A DNA stretch of 64,000 bases from Armatimonadota bacterium (GTDB lineage Bacteria; Armatimonadota; Fervidibacteria; Fervidibacterales; Thermosaccharophagaceae): NCBI GenBank assembly GCA_025062195.1, contig JANXAS010000001.1, positions 872-64,871 on the forward strand, in the 5' to 3' direction. Under the pieces are notes generated by a model. That model saw only the letters and a program-made list of their open reading frames with translations, did not search any database and was not told the DNA's origin. The first letter of the stretch is position 1. The number at the start of each line of letters is the position of its first letter. Below are positions 20,431 to 30,600 of the stretch, piece after piece. The position numbers were made by a program, and so were the translations under genes.

Positions 20431-22086
20431 TCATTGAGAACAGCTATCCGCTTCACCTTCCCCTTCTCCCTTACAGTGCACGACGAATGTGTCAACGATG
20501 ACATCATGCAAGCTTTGCCTCGTCGGAGTTTGAGTAAGCACAAATATATTGATGAGCATACAGGGGAGCAGCGTCAGAGCGAAGATTATTTCACGGAACA
20601 AAATACGAAGCAAAGATGGCTGAGTGCCCTTGTTGGTGACGACGCACAGTTTGAATAGCGACTTACCCATGGTTTGACCCCACCACCAATGGGATAGGAA
20701 ACGGTATAGCATGAAGCCGCCAATTACAACTATCAATGCAAAGTCTTTAAATCCCGCCTCATTAACAGCCCAGTTTTCCGGTCCATAAATCATGCTCATG
20801 GCTATCTGCCCCAACCCCCATGTCCCAATCGCGACAATATACAGAGCCGGAATGAGCACTGCCAGGTCAAGGATGGATGCAATGATTCGGATCGCAGGGC
20901 TGGCAGGCGGACCCACTGAAAGCACTTCCTGTGGGACACTGAGCGAAAATATGTCCTGCTGCATATCTTGCGATGGTGTTGGATGCGGCTGAGGTTGCTG
21001 TTGAACGCCCGATTGAGCTCGGTTCATCCCGGCGTGATGTTGACCAACTTGCGCTTTCTGGCTTTGTGCCATTTCATATGTGCGTTGCGGGGCAACTGCC
21101 TTTGGTGGCGAGATCTTAACCAAAAGCTTGCCCTGCAAAGCAAGCCTGAACTCATGCATGCTTTTGAACCGCTCATCCGGACGAACTCGCATTGCTACCC
21201 ATATCGCCCTATCAACATGCGGTGGGACATTGGGGTTGATTGAACGCACCGGAATAAGCTTATCCGTAGCTCCAGCAGCACGCTCAATGGCTTCCGGTGG
21301 AACTATTCCGCTCAAGATGTAATAAAGCGTTGCACCAAATGCGTAGATGTCACTGCGTTGATCCGTCGTCCCATGCCCATATTGCTCAATTGGTGAAAAG
21401 CCCGGTGAAACAGCCCTTGCTCCGGCGAGCGTTTTTTGTCCCGGACGATAGAACTTAGCAATACCAAAGTCAACGAGCACTGGCTCACCAGTCGGGGTTA
21501 ACTTGATGTTAGATGGCTTAATGTCACGGTGTATGACTGGCGGGTCATGCTCGTGAAGGTATTGGACGGCTGCAGCTATCCTGTCAGCGATGTAAAGCGC
21601 TTTCTGTATGGGCAAAGGACCTTGCCTTTGGACAAGCGTGTCCAAATCTTCACCGGCAATGTAATCCATCACCATATACTGTCTGCCGTTATGCTCAACG
21701 AAGTAATCCCTGACTCGCGGCAGATTTGTGTGGCGCAACTTCATTAGTATGCGTGCCTCACTGACAAACTGTTGCTGAGCTTCAGGAGACTGGTCAAGAT
21801 TTTCCTTGACAGCCACAGGGGCATCGTTAACCCTCGTATCAAATGCGAGGTAAACTGCACCCATCCCGCCACACCCGAGGACACGCACAACTTTGTATCG
21901 CCCCTTAAGCATCGCACCAAATCCAAGCAGACGGCGAAGTTGTGCACCACAGCGAACGCAAAATTTTGCCCGCTCTGAATTGTCAGCGTTGCAAGATGGA
22001 CACATCTGCATATTTGCAACACCCTTTGAAGGCGCGAGCGAAAGAACCGAAGCCAACGCGCCCGCCAAGCAATCACATTTAGCCAT
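20431..22086 (-). CDS. Ser/Thr protein kinase with N-terminal zinc ribbon and C-terminal RDD-like membrane domain
   Basis: CPSC...CVRCG ribbon. Kinase motifs GCGGMGAVY, VAVKE, HRDIKPSN, DFGIAK. P/Q-rich linker, then hydrophobic RDD-like C-terminus. The ATG at 22086 overlaps the upstream stop (TGATG). Confidence 0.85.
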   Translation of the reverse strand: MAKCDCLAGALASVLSLAPSKGVANMQMCPSCNADNSERAKFCVRCGAQLRRLLGFGAMLKGRYKVVRVLGCGGMGAVYLAFDTRVNDAPVAVKENLDQSPEAQQQFVSEARILMKLRHTNLPRVRDYFVEHNGRQYMVMDYIAGEDLDTLVQRQGPLPIQKALYIADRIAAAVQYLHEHDPPVIHRDIKPSNIKLTPTGEPVLVDFGIAKFYRPGQKTLAGARAVSPGFSPIEQYGHGTTDQRSDIYAFGATLYYILSGIVPPEAIERAAGATDKLIPVRSINPNVPPHVDRAIWVAMRVRPDERFKSMHEFRLALQGKLLVKISPPKAVAPQRTYEMAQSQKAQVGQHHAGMNRAQSGVQQQPQPHPTPSQDMQQDIFSLSVPQEVLSVGPPASPAIRIIASILDLAVLIPALYIVAIGTWGLGQIAMSMIYGPENWAVNEAGFKDFALIVVIGGFMLYRFLSHWWWGQTMGKSLFKLCVVTNKGTQPSLLRILFREIIFALTLLPCMLINIFVLTQTPTRQSLHDVIVDTFVVHCKGEGEGEADSCSQ

Positions 22087-23177
22087 CAAAGCTCATGCCC
22101 ACAATGCCCGCAGAACTTTGCAGTGTATCTGTTGCGGTGCCCACACTTGGTGCATCTTCTCCCAATCATTGACTCCGGAAAGCGATGTAAGCGGGGCGCA
22201 GCAATCTTGAACGCCTCAACAGCAGTAGGTTGTGGTTGTTTATGTGCGCTGGCAATCCTTTTTGCGCCACTATCACTACAATGTGTTGGCACCAATTGCT
22301 GCCTGATACGATACACCAATTTGGTGTTGCCCACGGTAATGATGTCGCTGTTCTTTACCGGCTGCCTTAAAACCGGAATGCCATTTACAAGGGTGCGTGC
22401 ACCGTGCTGCGACTCAAGTAAGTAATAACCATCAACCCAACGCAATGTGGCATGCAAAGGTTGCACAGCCTTATCGTAATAAATTGCGACATCGCAACTC
22501 TCTTTGCACCCCACAGTGATGAGTGGCTTGTCAAGTATGAATTCCTTCCCCTCAAGCTTGCCGTTGATGACCTTTAGCAGCGCCCTTGAAAACACTGTTT
22601 CAACATAACCGATGCATAACCCGATAAGCGAGCCCACCACAACCAAGCTGAAAAGCCTTGCCAACGCCCCGCTCATTGCACCGCTTAGCGCTTCAAATGC
22701 AAACCCACCAAGCATTCCACCGAGCGCACCACCAATCGCCGCATTTGTTGCACCTTTAATTGAGCCGCGCATCAATCCGAGACCAAGACCAAGGATACTG
22801 CCAAAGATGCCCCACCCAAATGAGCGAGCCAACGCGCCACCCATTCCGCCAAGCAAACCAGAAATGTGAGTTTGAGGCTCATATAGCAGTTGACCAACCA
22901 CTACCCCAGCTGTGCCGGCAATGCCACACCAAGGTATGGAAAGGAGAGCACCGACAGCGATGGAACGAAGCGGGATTAAACGGGGAGTGTCACTCAACCT
23001 TATCGCTAACCCAATGCATATTCCCCAAATCAAGCCGAGCGCAAAGAGCTCACCGATTGTTGGCTCATAACTTGCCCTCTCATAAGCCCTCACAAGCCAC
23101 TCGCTAAATGCCCACGCAGCGAATCCGCCTAAGGCGCCGCCAAGTGCTCTCCACAACGGACGAACGCTAACATACAC
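22086..23177 (-). CDS. Glycine-zipper membrane protein with FHA domain and C-terminal zinc ribbon
   Basis: 363 aa. About six Gly-rich TM segments, FHA-like core (ITVGCKESCDVAI...HATL...LVNGIPV...ITVGNTKLVY), C-terminal CTKC...CGHCG. Confidence 0.7.
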   Translation of the reverse strand: MYVSVRPLWRALGGALGGFAAWAFSEWLVRAYERASYEPTIGELFALGLIWGICIGLAIRLSDTPRLIPLRSIAVGALLSIPWCGIAGTAGVVVGQLLYEPQTHISGLLGGMGGALARSFGWGIFGSILGLGLGLMRGSIKGATNAAIGGALGGMLGGFAFEALSGAMSGALARLFSLVVVGSLIGLCIGYVETVFSRALLKVINGKLEGKEFILDKPLITVGCKESCDVAIYYDKAVQPLHATLRWVDGYYLLESQHGARTLVNGIPVLRQPVKNSDIITVGNTKLVYRIRQQLVPTHCSDSGAKRIASAHKQPQPTAVEAFKIAAPRLHRFPESMIGRRCTKCGHRNRYTAKFCGHCGHEL

Positions 23178-23183
23178 AGCTGC

Positions 23184-23666
23184 TTACACCTCGCGAAATA
23201 TGAATTCAAGCTCACCCAGCTTTATGCGATAGCCATCACGAAGGACATTCTCACCGGTGCGTCTGCCGTTAACGAACACACCTTTACCAGTTAAGTCCTT
23301 TATGACCCACATCCCATGCCAGAATTCTATCTGCGCGTGTTGTTCGCTTACCGACTCATGGTGCGGATAACTTTCATCAACCCGCAATTGGCATCCTTCA
23401 CCTCTGCCTACAGTAACCACATCACCTTCAATTGGTAAGGTTCTGCCATCATCACCTGCAAGTTCCAAATAAGGTCGCGCTGCACCCGCTGTGGCTTCCG
23501 GCGGTCTTGCCGTGATACTTTCACCACGAGCCTGAGGTTGCTCAGGTTGCGCTTCCAATTCAACTCGCTCTACAATCGCCTCCCCTTCCAATTCACCGGG
23601 GGGAAGCTGCTCAGCCTCACCTTTTCTTTCCTCTTTGGCAAACAGCCGTCTAAGCCATGAGAACAT
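23184..23666 (-). CDS. FHA-domain protein
   Basis: 160 aa. Acidic/Pro-rich N-terminus, then VVTVGRGEGCQLRV...SEQHAQIEF...VFVNGRR...IKLGELEFIF. Confidence 0.8.
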   Translation of the reverse strand: MFSWLRRLFAKEERKGEAEQLPPGELEGEAIVERVELEAQPEQPQARGESITARPPEATAGAARPYLELAGDDGRTLPIEGDVVTVGRGEGCQLRVDESYPHHESVSEQHAQIEFWHGMWVIKDLTGKGVFVNGRRTGENVLRDGYRIKLGELEFIFREV

Positions 23667-23885
23667 CTACCTCACCCCGATAATGGAAACAATGTGACCA
23701 GAGCGTGAGTCACCATCAGACTGCTAAGGAGCACCATTTAGAATTTTGCAATAGGAAACGAATGCAGGACGCAGCATGCTTGGCACTGCTCAATGAAGTT
23801 GATCGCAAGCACTCATTGAAGTAATAACTCAGGGAGCACTTAGCCATATATCCTCTCATTAGTTGCGAGCGGGAATTTGAGGTAT

Positions 23886-24935
23886 TCATTTGCCCCAATT
23901 GAGGAGTGTCTTAGCCGCGCTGTAAATCTTGTGCGCGTTTGGCAGTATGGCTCTTTCAAGGTTTGGCGCGCACGGTATTGGCACATCTTCAGCGGCAACC
24001 CGTATGACCGGCGCATCAAGATACTCAAAGCAGTTTTCCACGACACGACATGCTATCTCAGCGCTTGCCCCAGCAAACTTATTATCCTCGGCAACAACGA
24101 CTGCCCTGCCCGTCTTTGTCACGGACTCCGCTATGGCTTCCTCATCCATTGGTGAGAGAGTCCTCAAGTCAAGAACTTCAGCACTTACACCCTCTTCAGA
24201 GAGCATGTCAGCAGCCCTCTCACACTCCTGAACCATCCTCCCATAGCTTATGAGCGTGATGTCATCGCCTTCCCTCGCCACCCTTGCCTTCCCCAAAGGG
24301 ACAGTGTATGGCTCACTTGGGACATGCCCACGAAGGCTGTATAAGAGTTTGCATTCAATGAAGATGACCGGATTGTCATCACGGATGGAACTTATCAACA
24401 ATCCCTTCGCATCATATGGTGTTGCTGGAACTACAACCTTGACTCCGGGGGTGTGCATAAACCATGCCTCAAGCGTCTTTGAGTGTGTAGCACCATATGC
24501 TCTCCCACCGCCAGCAGGGCATCTAATGACCATCGGGACTTTTGCCTGCTCACCATAGACATAACGGAAGTTAGCTGCGTGGTTGGCGATAGCGTCCATT
24601 GCGAGCGTAATGAAGTCCATGAACATGATCTCAACTACAGGGCGAAGCCCAGCGAGTGCCGCACCGACTGCTATACCAACAAAGCTGTTTTCGGATATAG
24701 GCGTGTCAATTACCCTATGCGGTCCGAACTTCTCAACAAGCCCCTTTGTGATTCGGAACGCGCCGCCATAAACAGCTATATCCTCACCGATGAGAATGAC
24801 CGAATGGTCCCGTTCCATCTCCTGCTCAAGCGCTTCCCTGATCGCCCAGCTGAAGTAGATTTCCCTCAGTTCAGCCTCCGCTCTAACGGTCATCATCCCT
24901 TCGCTCTGTTCATCTGTGTGGCGATGCATTTTCAA
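23886..24935 (-). CDS. 2-oxoacid (pyruvate/acetoin/branched-chain) dehydrogenase E1 beta subunit
   Basis: 349 aa, transketolase-like pyrimidine-binding and C-terminal domains (ILIGEDIAVYGGAF, VIDTPISE). AAGGTGGGG lies upstream of the ATG at 24935. Confidence 0.85.
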   Translation of the reverse strand: MKMHRHTDEQSEGMMTVRAEAELREIYFSWAIREALEQEMERDHSVILIGEDIAVYGGAFRITKGLVEKFGPHRVIDTPISENSFVGIAVGAALAGLRPVVEIMFMDFITLAMDAIANHAANFRYVYGEQAKVPMVIRCPAGGGRAYGATHSKTLEAWFMHTPGVKVVVPATPYDAKGLLISSIRDDNPVIFIECKLLYSLRGHVPSEPYTVPLGKARVAREGDDITLISYGRMVQECERAADMLSEEGVSAEVLDLRTLSPMDEEAIAESVTKTGRAVVVAEDNKFAGASAEIACRVVENCFEYLDAPVIRVAAEDVPIPCAPNLERAILPNAHKIYSAAKTLLNWGK

Positions 24936-24979
24936 ATCCCCACCTTAACTTGGAAGGGTAACGGTGTAGCCCAATACAA

Positions 24980-25936
24980 TTAGGAGAAGACGCCACATGT
25001 TGCAAATTGCTCGTCAGGTTCGGGACTTGACTCAGCAAATGTAACAGCGCTATCAATCTCTTCTCTTGCGGACTTGCGTATATCATCAATCTCGTCTTGT
25101 GTGGCTACGCCGCTGCTGACAAGGAAACGCTCAAACCGAGTTATCGGGTCTCGAGCCTTCCAGTCAAGCTCCTCTTCAAGGGTGCGATACTCACGATAGT
25201 CCGATTTTGAGTGTCCGTAGTAGCGGTATGTCTTAGCCTCAATCAGCATAGGTCCATAGCCCATGCGAGCCCTCTCAGCAGCTCCCTTTACAGCTTCTCT
25301 AACAGCGAGCACATCGTTACCATCAACTATCATGCTCGGTATGCCGTATGCGGCAGCCCTCTCCGAAACATCCTCAATTGGGAAGGCATAATCAAAAGGG
25401 GTTGACATGGCATAAAAGTTGTTCTCGCAGAGGTATATGACTGGCAGCTTCCATATGGATGCCATGTTCAGCGATTCATGGAAGTAGCCAGTGTTAGCAG
25501 CGCCGTCTCCAAAGAAGCAAAGCGCAACCCTGTCCAAGCCGCGAAGCTTGAATGCAAGTGCGATGCCAGTCGCTACAGGTATGCCGCCACCGGTTATGCC
25601 GTTTGAACCGAAAAAGCCGATCTCAAAACAAGCCATGTGCTGACTGCCGCCTCTACCTCCAACATAACCTGTAGCTTTGCCAAATATCTCAGCCATGATG
25701 TGCTTAGGGTCTCCGCCCTTCGCGATGAAGTGCCCATGACCGCGATGATTGCTTGTTACGGCATCATCGGGGCGCAACGCAGCACACGCACCAACTGAAA
25801 CAGCCTCCTGACCGGCGCAAAAGTGAGATGTGCCCTTGATCAAGCCTTTACCAAAAAGCTCGTCAAGCGCCATTTCAAAAAATCGTATGAGCCACATCTT
25901 GCGAAGGTATGAAAGGAGCTCTTCCTTCGGGAGCAT
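24980..25936 (-). CDS. 2-oxoacid dehydrogenase E1 alpha subunit (TPP-binding)
   Basis: 318 aa. TPP motif region GDGAANTGYFHESLNMA...NN, HRGHGH. Confidence 0.85.
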   Translation of the reverse strand: MLPKEELLSYLRKMWLIRFFEMALDELFGKGLIKGTSHFCAGQEAVSVGACAALRPDDAVTSNHRGHGHFIAKGGDPKHIMAEIFGKATGYVGGRGGSQHMACFEIGFFGSNGITGGGIPVATGIALAFKLRGLDRVALCFFGDGAANTGYFHESLNMASIWKLPVIYLCENNFYAMSTPFDYAFPIEDVSERAAAYGIPSMIVDGNDVLAVREAVKGAAERARMGYGPMLIEAKTYRYYGHSKSDYREYRTLEEELDWKARDPITRFERFLVSSGVATQDEIDDIRKSAREEIDSAVTFAESSPEPDEQFATCGVFS

Positions 25937-26047
25937 GCTTCACCACTCCAATGCTCACTTCGGATTAATAAGAACCTCAAATACTCAAATGGCAGATTGC
26001 AATTCAATCCTGTAACGGTCCTGCGGACTCGGCTACGCTTATGACGC

Positions 26048-27355
26048 TTATGTTTGGGTTTCACTGACATTAACTGAAAGGCTTGTCCTTCGCATCAACT
26101 CAATCCATCCAGAGTAAACTGGGAATGACTCACACAGCTCTCTGACATGCTGGCGCACATTATTGATGACAGTCTCGGTTGGCTCACGCAGAACCTTCGC
26201 TATCAACTTCCCGATCAACTGCATGTGCTCAGTGCGCATACCCCTCGTTGTGATGCCGGCAGTCCCAATCCTTATGCCGCTTGTGATGCTTGGGGGCTGC
26301 TCATCAAATGGCACTGAGTTCCTATTGACTATGATCCCAGCTTCGCTCAACCATCTCTCCGCATCTATACCAGTGATTGATAGCGGGCGTAAGTCAACAA
26401 GCAGCATGTGGTTATCTGTTCCGCCGCTGACGAGCTTGAAACCGTGTCTCATCAATTCCTCGGCGAGTGCCCTTGCGTTCTCAACGGTTTGACGCTGCTC
26501 ATCCTTAAAGCGTTGCGTCATTGCCTCCTTGAGGCAAACAGCCTTTGCAGCAATGATGTGCATCATAGGTCCGCCTTGCACGAATGGGAACACAGCCTTA
26601 TCAATTGACTCCGCAAATACGCCCTCGCAAAGTATTAATCCACCCCTTGGGCCTCGCAGCGTCTTATGAGTCGTCAAAGTGACGAAATGGGCGTGCGGCA
26701 AAGGCGATGAATGAACCCCGGCAGCAACCAAGCCGGCAATATGCGCTATGTCAGCAAGCAAATATGCTCCCACATCGTCACATATCTCCCTAAAGGTGGC
26801 AAAGTCTATGGTGCGAGTATACGATGAGTAACCTGTGATAATGAGCTTCGGCTTAAACTCCCTTGCCTTCCTCGCCACATCATCGTAGTCAATTGTTTCT
26901 GTATCATGTCTTACGCCGTAATGAATGACATTGAATAGCCGACCGGAGAAGTTAGCCCTTGCTCCGTGAGAAAGATGACCACCGTGATCAAGACGCATTG
27001 AGAGTATCACATCACCCGGCTTTAAGATGGCAAAGTAAACAGCCATATTTGCTTGAGTTCCAGAGTGCGGCTGAACATTTGCGTGTTCTGCACCGAAGAG
27101 TTGTTTGGCTCGCTCTATGGCGAGCATTTCAACCTCATCCACATGCTCACACCCGGCATAATATCGGTTTGATGGATAACCCTCAGCATATTTGTTGCTC
27201 ATTGGTTGACCACATGCCAAAAGAACTGCTTCGCTTGCATAATTCTCCGACGCGATGAGATTGAGCACCTCGTTTTGGCGCTCCATTTCCCTGACGATGG
27301 CTTCAAACACTTGAGGGTCAGTTTGGAGCAGCTGAGCCAAGATAGCCTCATGCAT
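26048..27355 (-). CDS. glyA: Serine hydroxymethyltransferase
   Basis: [39 protein letters not shown] (PLP lysine). Confidence 0.95.
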   Translation of the reverse strand: MHEAILAQLLQTDPQVFEAIVREMERQNEVLNLIASENYASEAVLLACGQPMSNKYAEGYPSNRYYAGCEHVDEVEMLAIERAKQLFGAEHANVQPHSGTQANMAVYFAILKPGDVILSMRLDHGGHLSHGARANFSGRLFNVIHYGVRHDTETIDYDDVARKAREFKPKLIITGYSSYTRTIDFATFREICDDVGAYLLADIAHIAGLVAAGVHSSPLPHAHFVTLTTHKTLRGPRGGLILCEGVFAESIDKAVFPFVQGGPMMHIIAAKAVCLKEAMTQRFKDEQRQTVENARALAEELMRHGFKLVSGGTDNHMLLVDLRPLSITGIDAERWLSEAGIIVNRNSVPFDEQPPSITSGIRIGTAGITTRGMRTEHMQLIGKLIAKVLREPTETVINNVRQHVRELCESFPVYSGWIELMRRTSLSVNVSETQT

Positions 27356-27569
27356 CCACCATACCCCCCTTGCTATCCCTGGGGAGAGCGAGAAGGAATA
27401 CTGCCCACCCGTTTAAAATAAGCTGCCGTTGTTTCACCTCTCAATGGTAGCGCACAAACGCAAGAATCGTTTTTAAACTTTACTTCATCTGTAGCGCGAA
27501 TCAAACTAAGACTTGAAGCTATTGAGAAGCTGATTGATGTGAGGCTTGAATTCCAAGGGGTGAACTTAA

Positions 27570-29531
27570 ATGTCACTGCTTGAAAGGCTTGAGAGACTCC
27601 GTAAAAGTGCTGAAGCACTTCCAGAGGAACGCCCTTCGCAAACAGTTTCACAAACTGATGCTGCAGCCACACAGACTCCGAGCACAACTGCGGTTGCAGA
27701 GCCAACTGTTGTTGAAGTTGATGAGAGACATTATCAGCTTAAGCACGCAATATATGATGCAGTTATGCGAGAGTTCCGTGACGAGCTACCTGCAACTGAA
27801 GCGCACATTGCACAGACGAGGATGAAACTTGATGAACTTATTCAAAGGCTTCTTGCTGACATGGGCATGCTTGCCACAAGACATGAGCGCAATGCCTTGA
27901 TTGAAGATTTCGTCAACGAGATTTTTGGCTTTGGTCCGATACAACAATTCCTTGACGACCGCACAATAACAAAAATAGTCGTCAACTCGCCTAAGGAAGT
28001 ATTCATTGAAAGAATGGGTGTTGTTGAGCGCACGACAAAGCGCTTTAAAGACGAGCAACACTTGATGCGTATCATTGAAAAGATTGCTCGCCTCCTCGGT
28101 TCAAGGATAGACCGAAAAGTGCCGATGCTTGATAGGGCTCTACCCGGTGGCAGCAGGGTGAGGGCAAAGATACCGCCGTTATCGGCGCATGGTCCAACGC
28201 TCACGATTGACAAAGGTCCAGACAACCCATTTATGCTGCTTGAGCTGGAACGCCAAAAAGAACAGGCAAGGAGAACGCCTTTGCTCACTTTGCGTGAACG
28301 GGTGATGGATAGAGTTGTAAGGGAGCTTGACCAAGAGGTGTATGCACCAGAGCAAAGGGAACGCCTGACACAGCTCGTTGAGCAGTTCATAGAGCTGGAA
28401 ACGCAACAGCAGAATATCGTTTTGTCACGGGCTGAAAGAAGCCAGCTCCAAATTGAAATACTGAACGAGTTAACTGGCTACGGACCAATAGAACCTCTCC
28501 TGCATGACCCAGAGATTACCGAGATAATGGTCAACGGACCGTATCAAGTTTTTATTGAGCGCCGAGGCAGGCTTGAGCTGACCGAGATCAAATTCCGAGA
28601 CGATGAGCATGTAATGCGCATCATAGAGAAGATAGTTGCGCCGCTTGGAAGAAGAATTGACGAACGCTGCCCAATGGTTGACGCACGCCTACCGGATGGC
28701 TCACGAGTAAACGCTGTTATACCACCAATAGCTTTGAACGGACCTTGCATCACCATACGAAAGTTCTCAAGAGACCCATTCACTATGACCGACTTGATCA
28801 ACATGGGCACCATAACACCGGAAGCAGCACAATTCCTCCAAGCGGCTGTCCAGGCGAGGCTCAGCATAATGGTCTCCGGCGGAACCGCATCCGGTAAGAC
28901 AACGACATTGAATGTCCTTTCGTCCTTTATTTCGCATAATGAACGCATTGTCACAATTGAGGACTCGGCTGAGTTGCAACTTCGCCAAGAGCATGTTGTC
29001 AGGCTTGAGGCGCGTCCGCCAAACATTGAGGGTGAAGGCGAAATAACCATAAGGCAGCTTGTAAGGAACGCACTCAGAATGCGCCCAGATAGGATAATCG
29101 TTGGCGAGGTGCGAGGCCCTGAGGCTCTGGACATGCTTCAGGCTATGAACACAGGTCACGAAGGTTCCATGTGCACGATACACGCAAACAGCCCGAGAGA
29201 AATGCTATCACGCCTTGAGACAATGGTGCTAATGGCTGGCGTTGACCTGCCGGTCAGAGCCATAAGGGAACAGATAGCCGGTGCAATTGATATCATTGTT
29301 CACCAAGCGAGGCTTAGAGACGGCTCAAGGCGCATCGTTTATATCACTGAGATAGTGGGCATGGAAGGCGATGTCATAACAATGCAGGATCTCTTCGTAT
29401 TTGAACAGGAGACTATTGACGAGATGGGGCGAGTCAAAGGCAGGCTGAGAGCAACAGGCTTAAGACCAAGATGTTACGATAGGATAGTTTCCGCTGGTAT
29501 ACGCCTACCGCTCACCATCTTCCAAAGGTGA
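27570..29531 (+). CDS. cpaF: Tad/Flp-type pilus assembly ATPase CpaF/TadA with duplicated N-terminal region
   Basis: 653 aa. Walker A GGTASGKTT, Asp box, Walker B IIVGEVRG, His box TGHEGSMCTIHAN. The N-terminal module occurs twice (aa 106-216 and 289-400). Confidence 0.9.
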   Translation: MSLLERLERLRKSAEALPEERPSQTVSQTDAAATQTPSTTAVAEPTVVEVDERHYQLKHAIYDAVMREFRDELPATEAHIAQTRMKLDELIQRLLADMGMLATRHERNALIEDFVNEIFGFGPIQQFLDDRTITKIVVNSPKEVFIERMGVVERTTKRFKDEQHLMRIIEKIARLLGSRIDRKVPMLDRALPGGSRVRAKIPPLSAHGPTLTIDKGPDNPFMLLELERQKEQARRTPLLTLRERVMDRVVRELDQEVYAPEQRERLTQLVEQFIELETQQQNIVLSRAERSQLQIEILNELTGYGPIEPLLHDPEITEIMVNGPYQVFIERRGRLELTEIKFRDDEHVMRIIEKIVAPLGRRIDERCPMVDARLPDGSRVNAVIPPIALNGPCITIRKFSRDPFTMTDLINMGTITPEAAQFLQAAVQARLSIMVSGGTASGKTTTLNVLSSFISHNERIVTIEDSAELQLRQEHVVRLEARPPNIEGEGEITIRQLVRNALRMRPDRIIVGEVRGPEALDMLQAMNTGHEGSMCTIHANSPREMLSRLETMVLMAGVDLPVRAIREQIAGAIDIIVHQARLRDGSRRIVYITEIVGMEGDVITMQDLFVFEQETIDEMGRVKGRLRATGLRPRCYDRIVSAGIRLPLTIFQR

Positions 29532-30592
29532 TGCGCATGGACATATGGGGCATAATGCTCATTTTGCTCGGGCTGACATGGGTTATAACATTCCTCATCG
29601 GCATCTACCAAACATTTGCGGCACCAAAGTCACCAGCGGAAGCTCGCCTTGAAGCTATAGCACGCCGCACAACAGTAATAGAGCGTGAATTCCTGATTGA
29701 AGAGAGGGGCGAGCCATGGGCTGAGGCTCAAAGACCAAGGCAAGCCCAGCTGCTGCCCACATTCGCACGCCTTCTCTCAAATATTAAACCATTTGAAAGG
29801 CTTGAGCGAGAGCTTAAGAGGGCTCGCTCAAATTGGCGTGCGGCAGAGCTTGTGTATGCAAGCTTGGTGCTAATGTCCATTACCATCATAATCATCAACC
29901 TCATCTTGGCTCGCCTATCAACACCTGATAGACCAATACCGATGTCATGGCGTGTTGCTCTCTCGCTTGCTGTGGGTGGATTTACGCTCACACTCCCGTT
30001 CATATATCTGCGCCTCTTACAGGCTCGCTGGCAAAGACAGTTTGAACGCCACCTGCCGAACACGCTTATGCTTATGGCTAACGGGCTGAGAGCCGGAATG
30101 GGTTTCCTTCAAACTGTTGAGATGGTCGCACAACAGGGCATGCCACCGATTTCAGATGAATTCCAAAGACTACATCAGGAGCTTGAGATGGGAATACCAC
30201 TTGAGAGGGCACTCAATGATTTTGCTGACAGGGTTGGAACACTTGAAGCCGAACTGCTTGCCACATCAGTTCTGATACAGCGGGAGACCGGTGGAGGGCT
30301 TGCCGACATCATTGATATAATCGCCAACACGATAAGAGAGAGGTTGCGAGTCAAGGGTGAAATTCGGATCATAACCACTCAGGGCAGGTTCACAGCGTTT
30401 GGGCTTGCACTGTTGCCCGTTATCTTCGGCTTAATAGCGAATGGCTTGCCATCATTCTTGGTGCCCGGCGCTGAGCCATGGCTCATGCCACTCTTTACCA
30501 CTACTGCCGGAAGATGGATGCTCTTCATCGGCTTTGTGATGCAGGTTATCGGGTTCATATGGGTGCGCAGGATCGTAACAATTGAGGCTTAG
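29528..30592 (+). CDS. tadB: Type II secretion system F-family inner-membrane protein (TadB-like)
   Basis: 354 aa. Overlaps the cpaF stop by 4 nt. N-terminal TM, cytoplasmic T2SSF-like domain (LPNTLMLMANGLRAGMGFLQ), C-terminal TMs. Confidence 0.75.
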   Translation: MMRMDIWGIMLILLGLTWVITFLIGIYQTFAAPKSPAEARLEAIARRTTVIEREFLIEERGEPWAEAQRPRQAQLLPTFARLLSNIKPFERLERELKRARSNWRAAELVYASLVLMSITIIIINLILARLSTPDRPIPMSWRVALSLAVGGFTLTLPFIYLRLLQARWQRQFERHLPNTLMLMANGLRAGMGFLQTVEMVAQQGMPPISDEFQRLHQELEMGIPLERALNDFADRVGTLEAELLATSVLIQRETGGGLADIIDIIANTIRERLRVKGEIRIITTQGRFTAFGLALLPVIFGLIANGLPSFLVPGAEPWLMPLFTTTAGRWMLFIGFVMQVIGFIWVRRIVTIEA

Positions 30593-30600
30593 AAGACCAA

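Noticed and set aside
27842-29183. Minus-strand ORFs inside cpaF (27842..28390, 28544..29134, 28767..29183)
   Set aside because: They are antisense to a strongly supported ATPase gene. They are Ser/Arg-rich with no recognisable domains.
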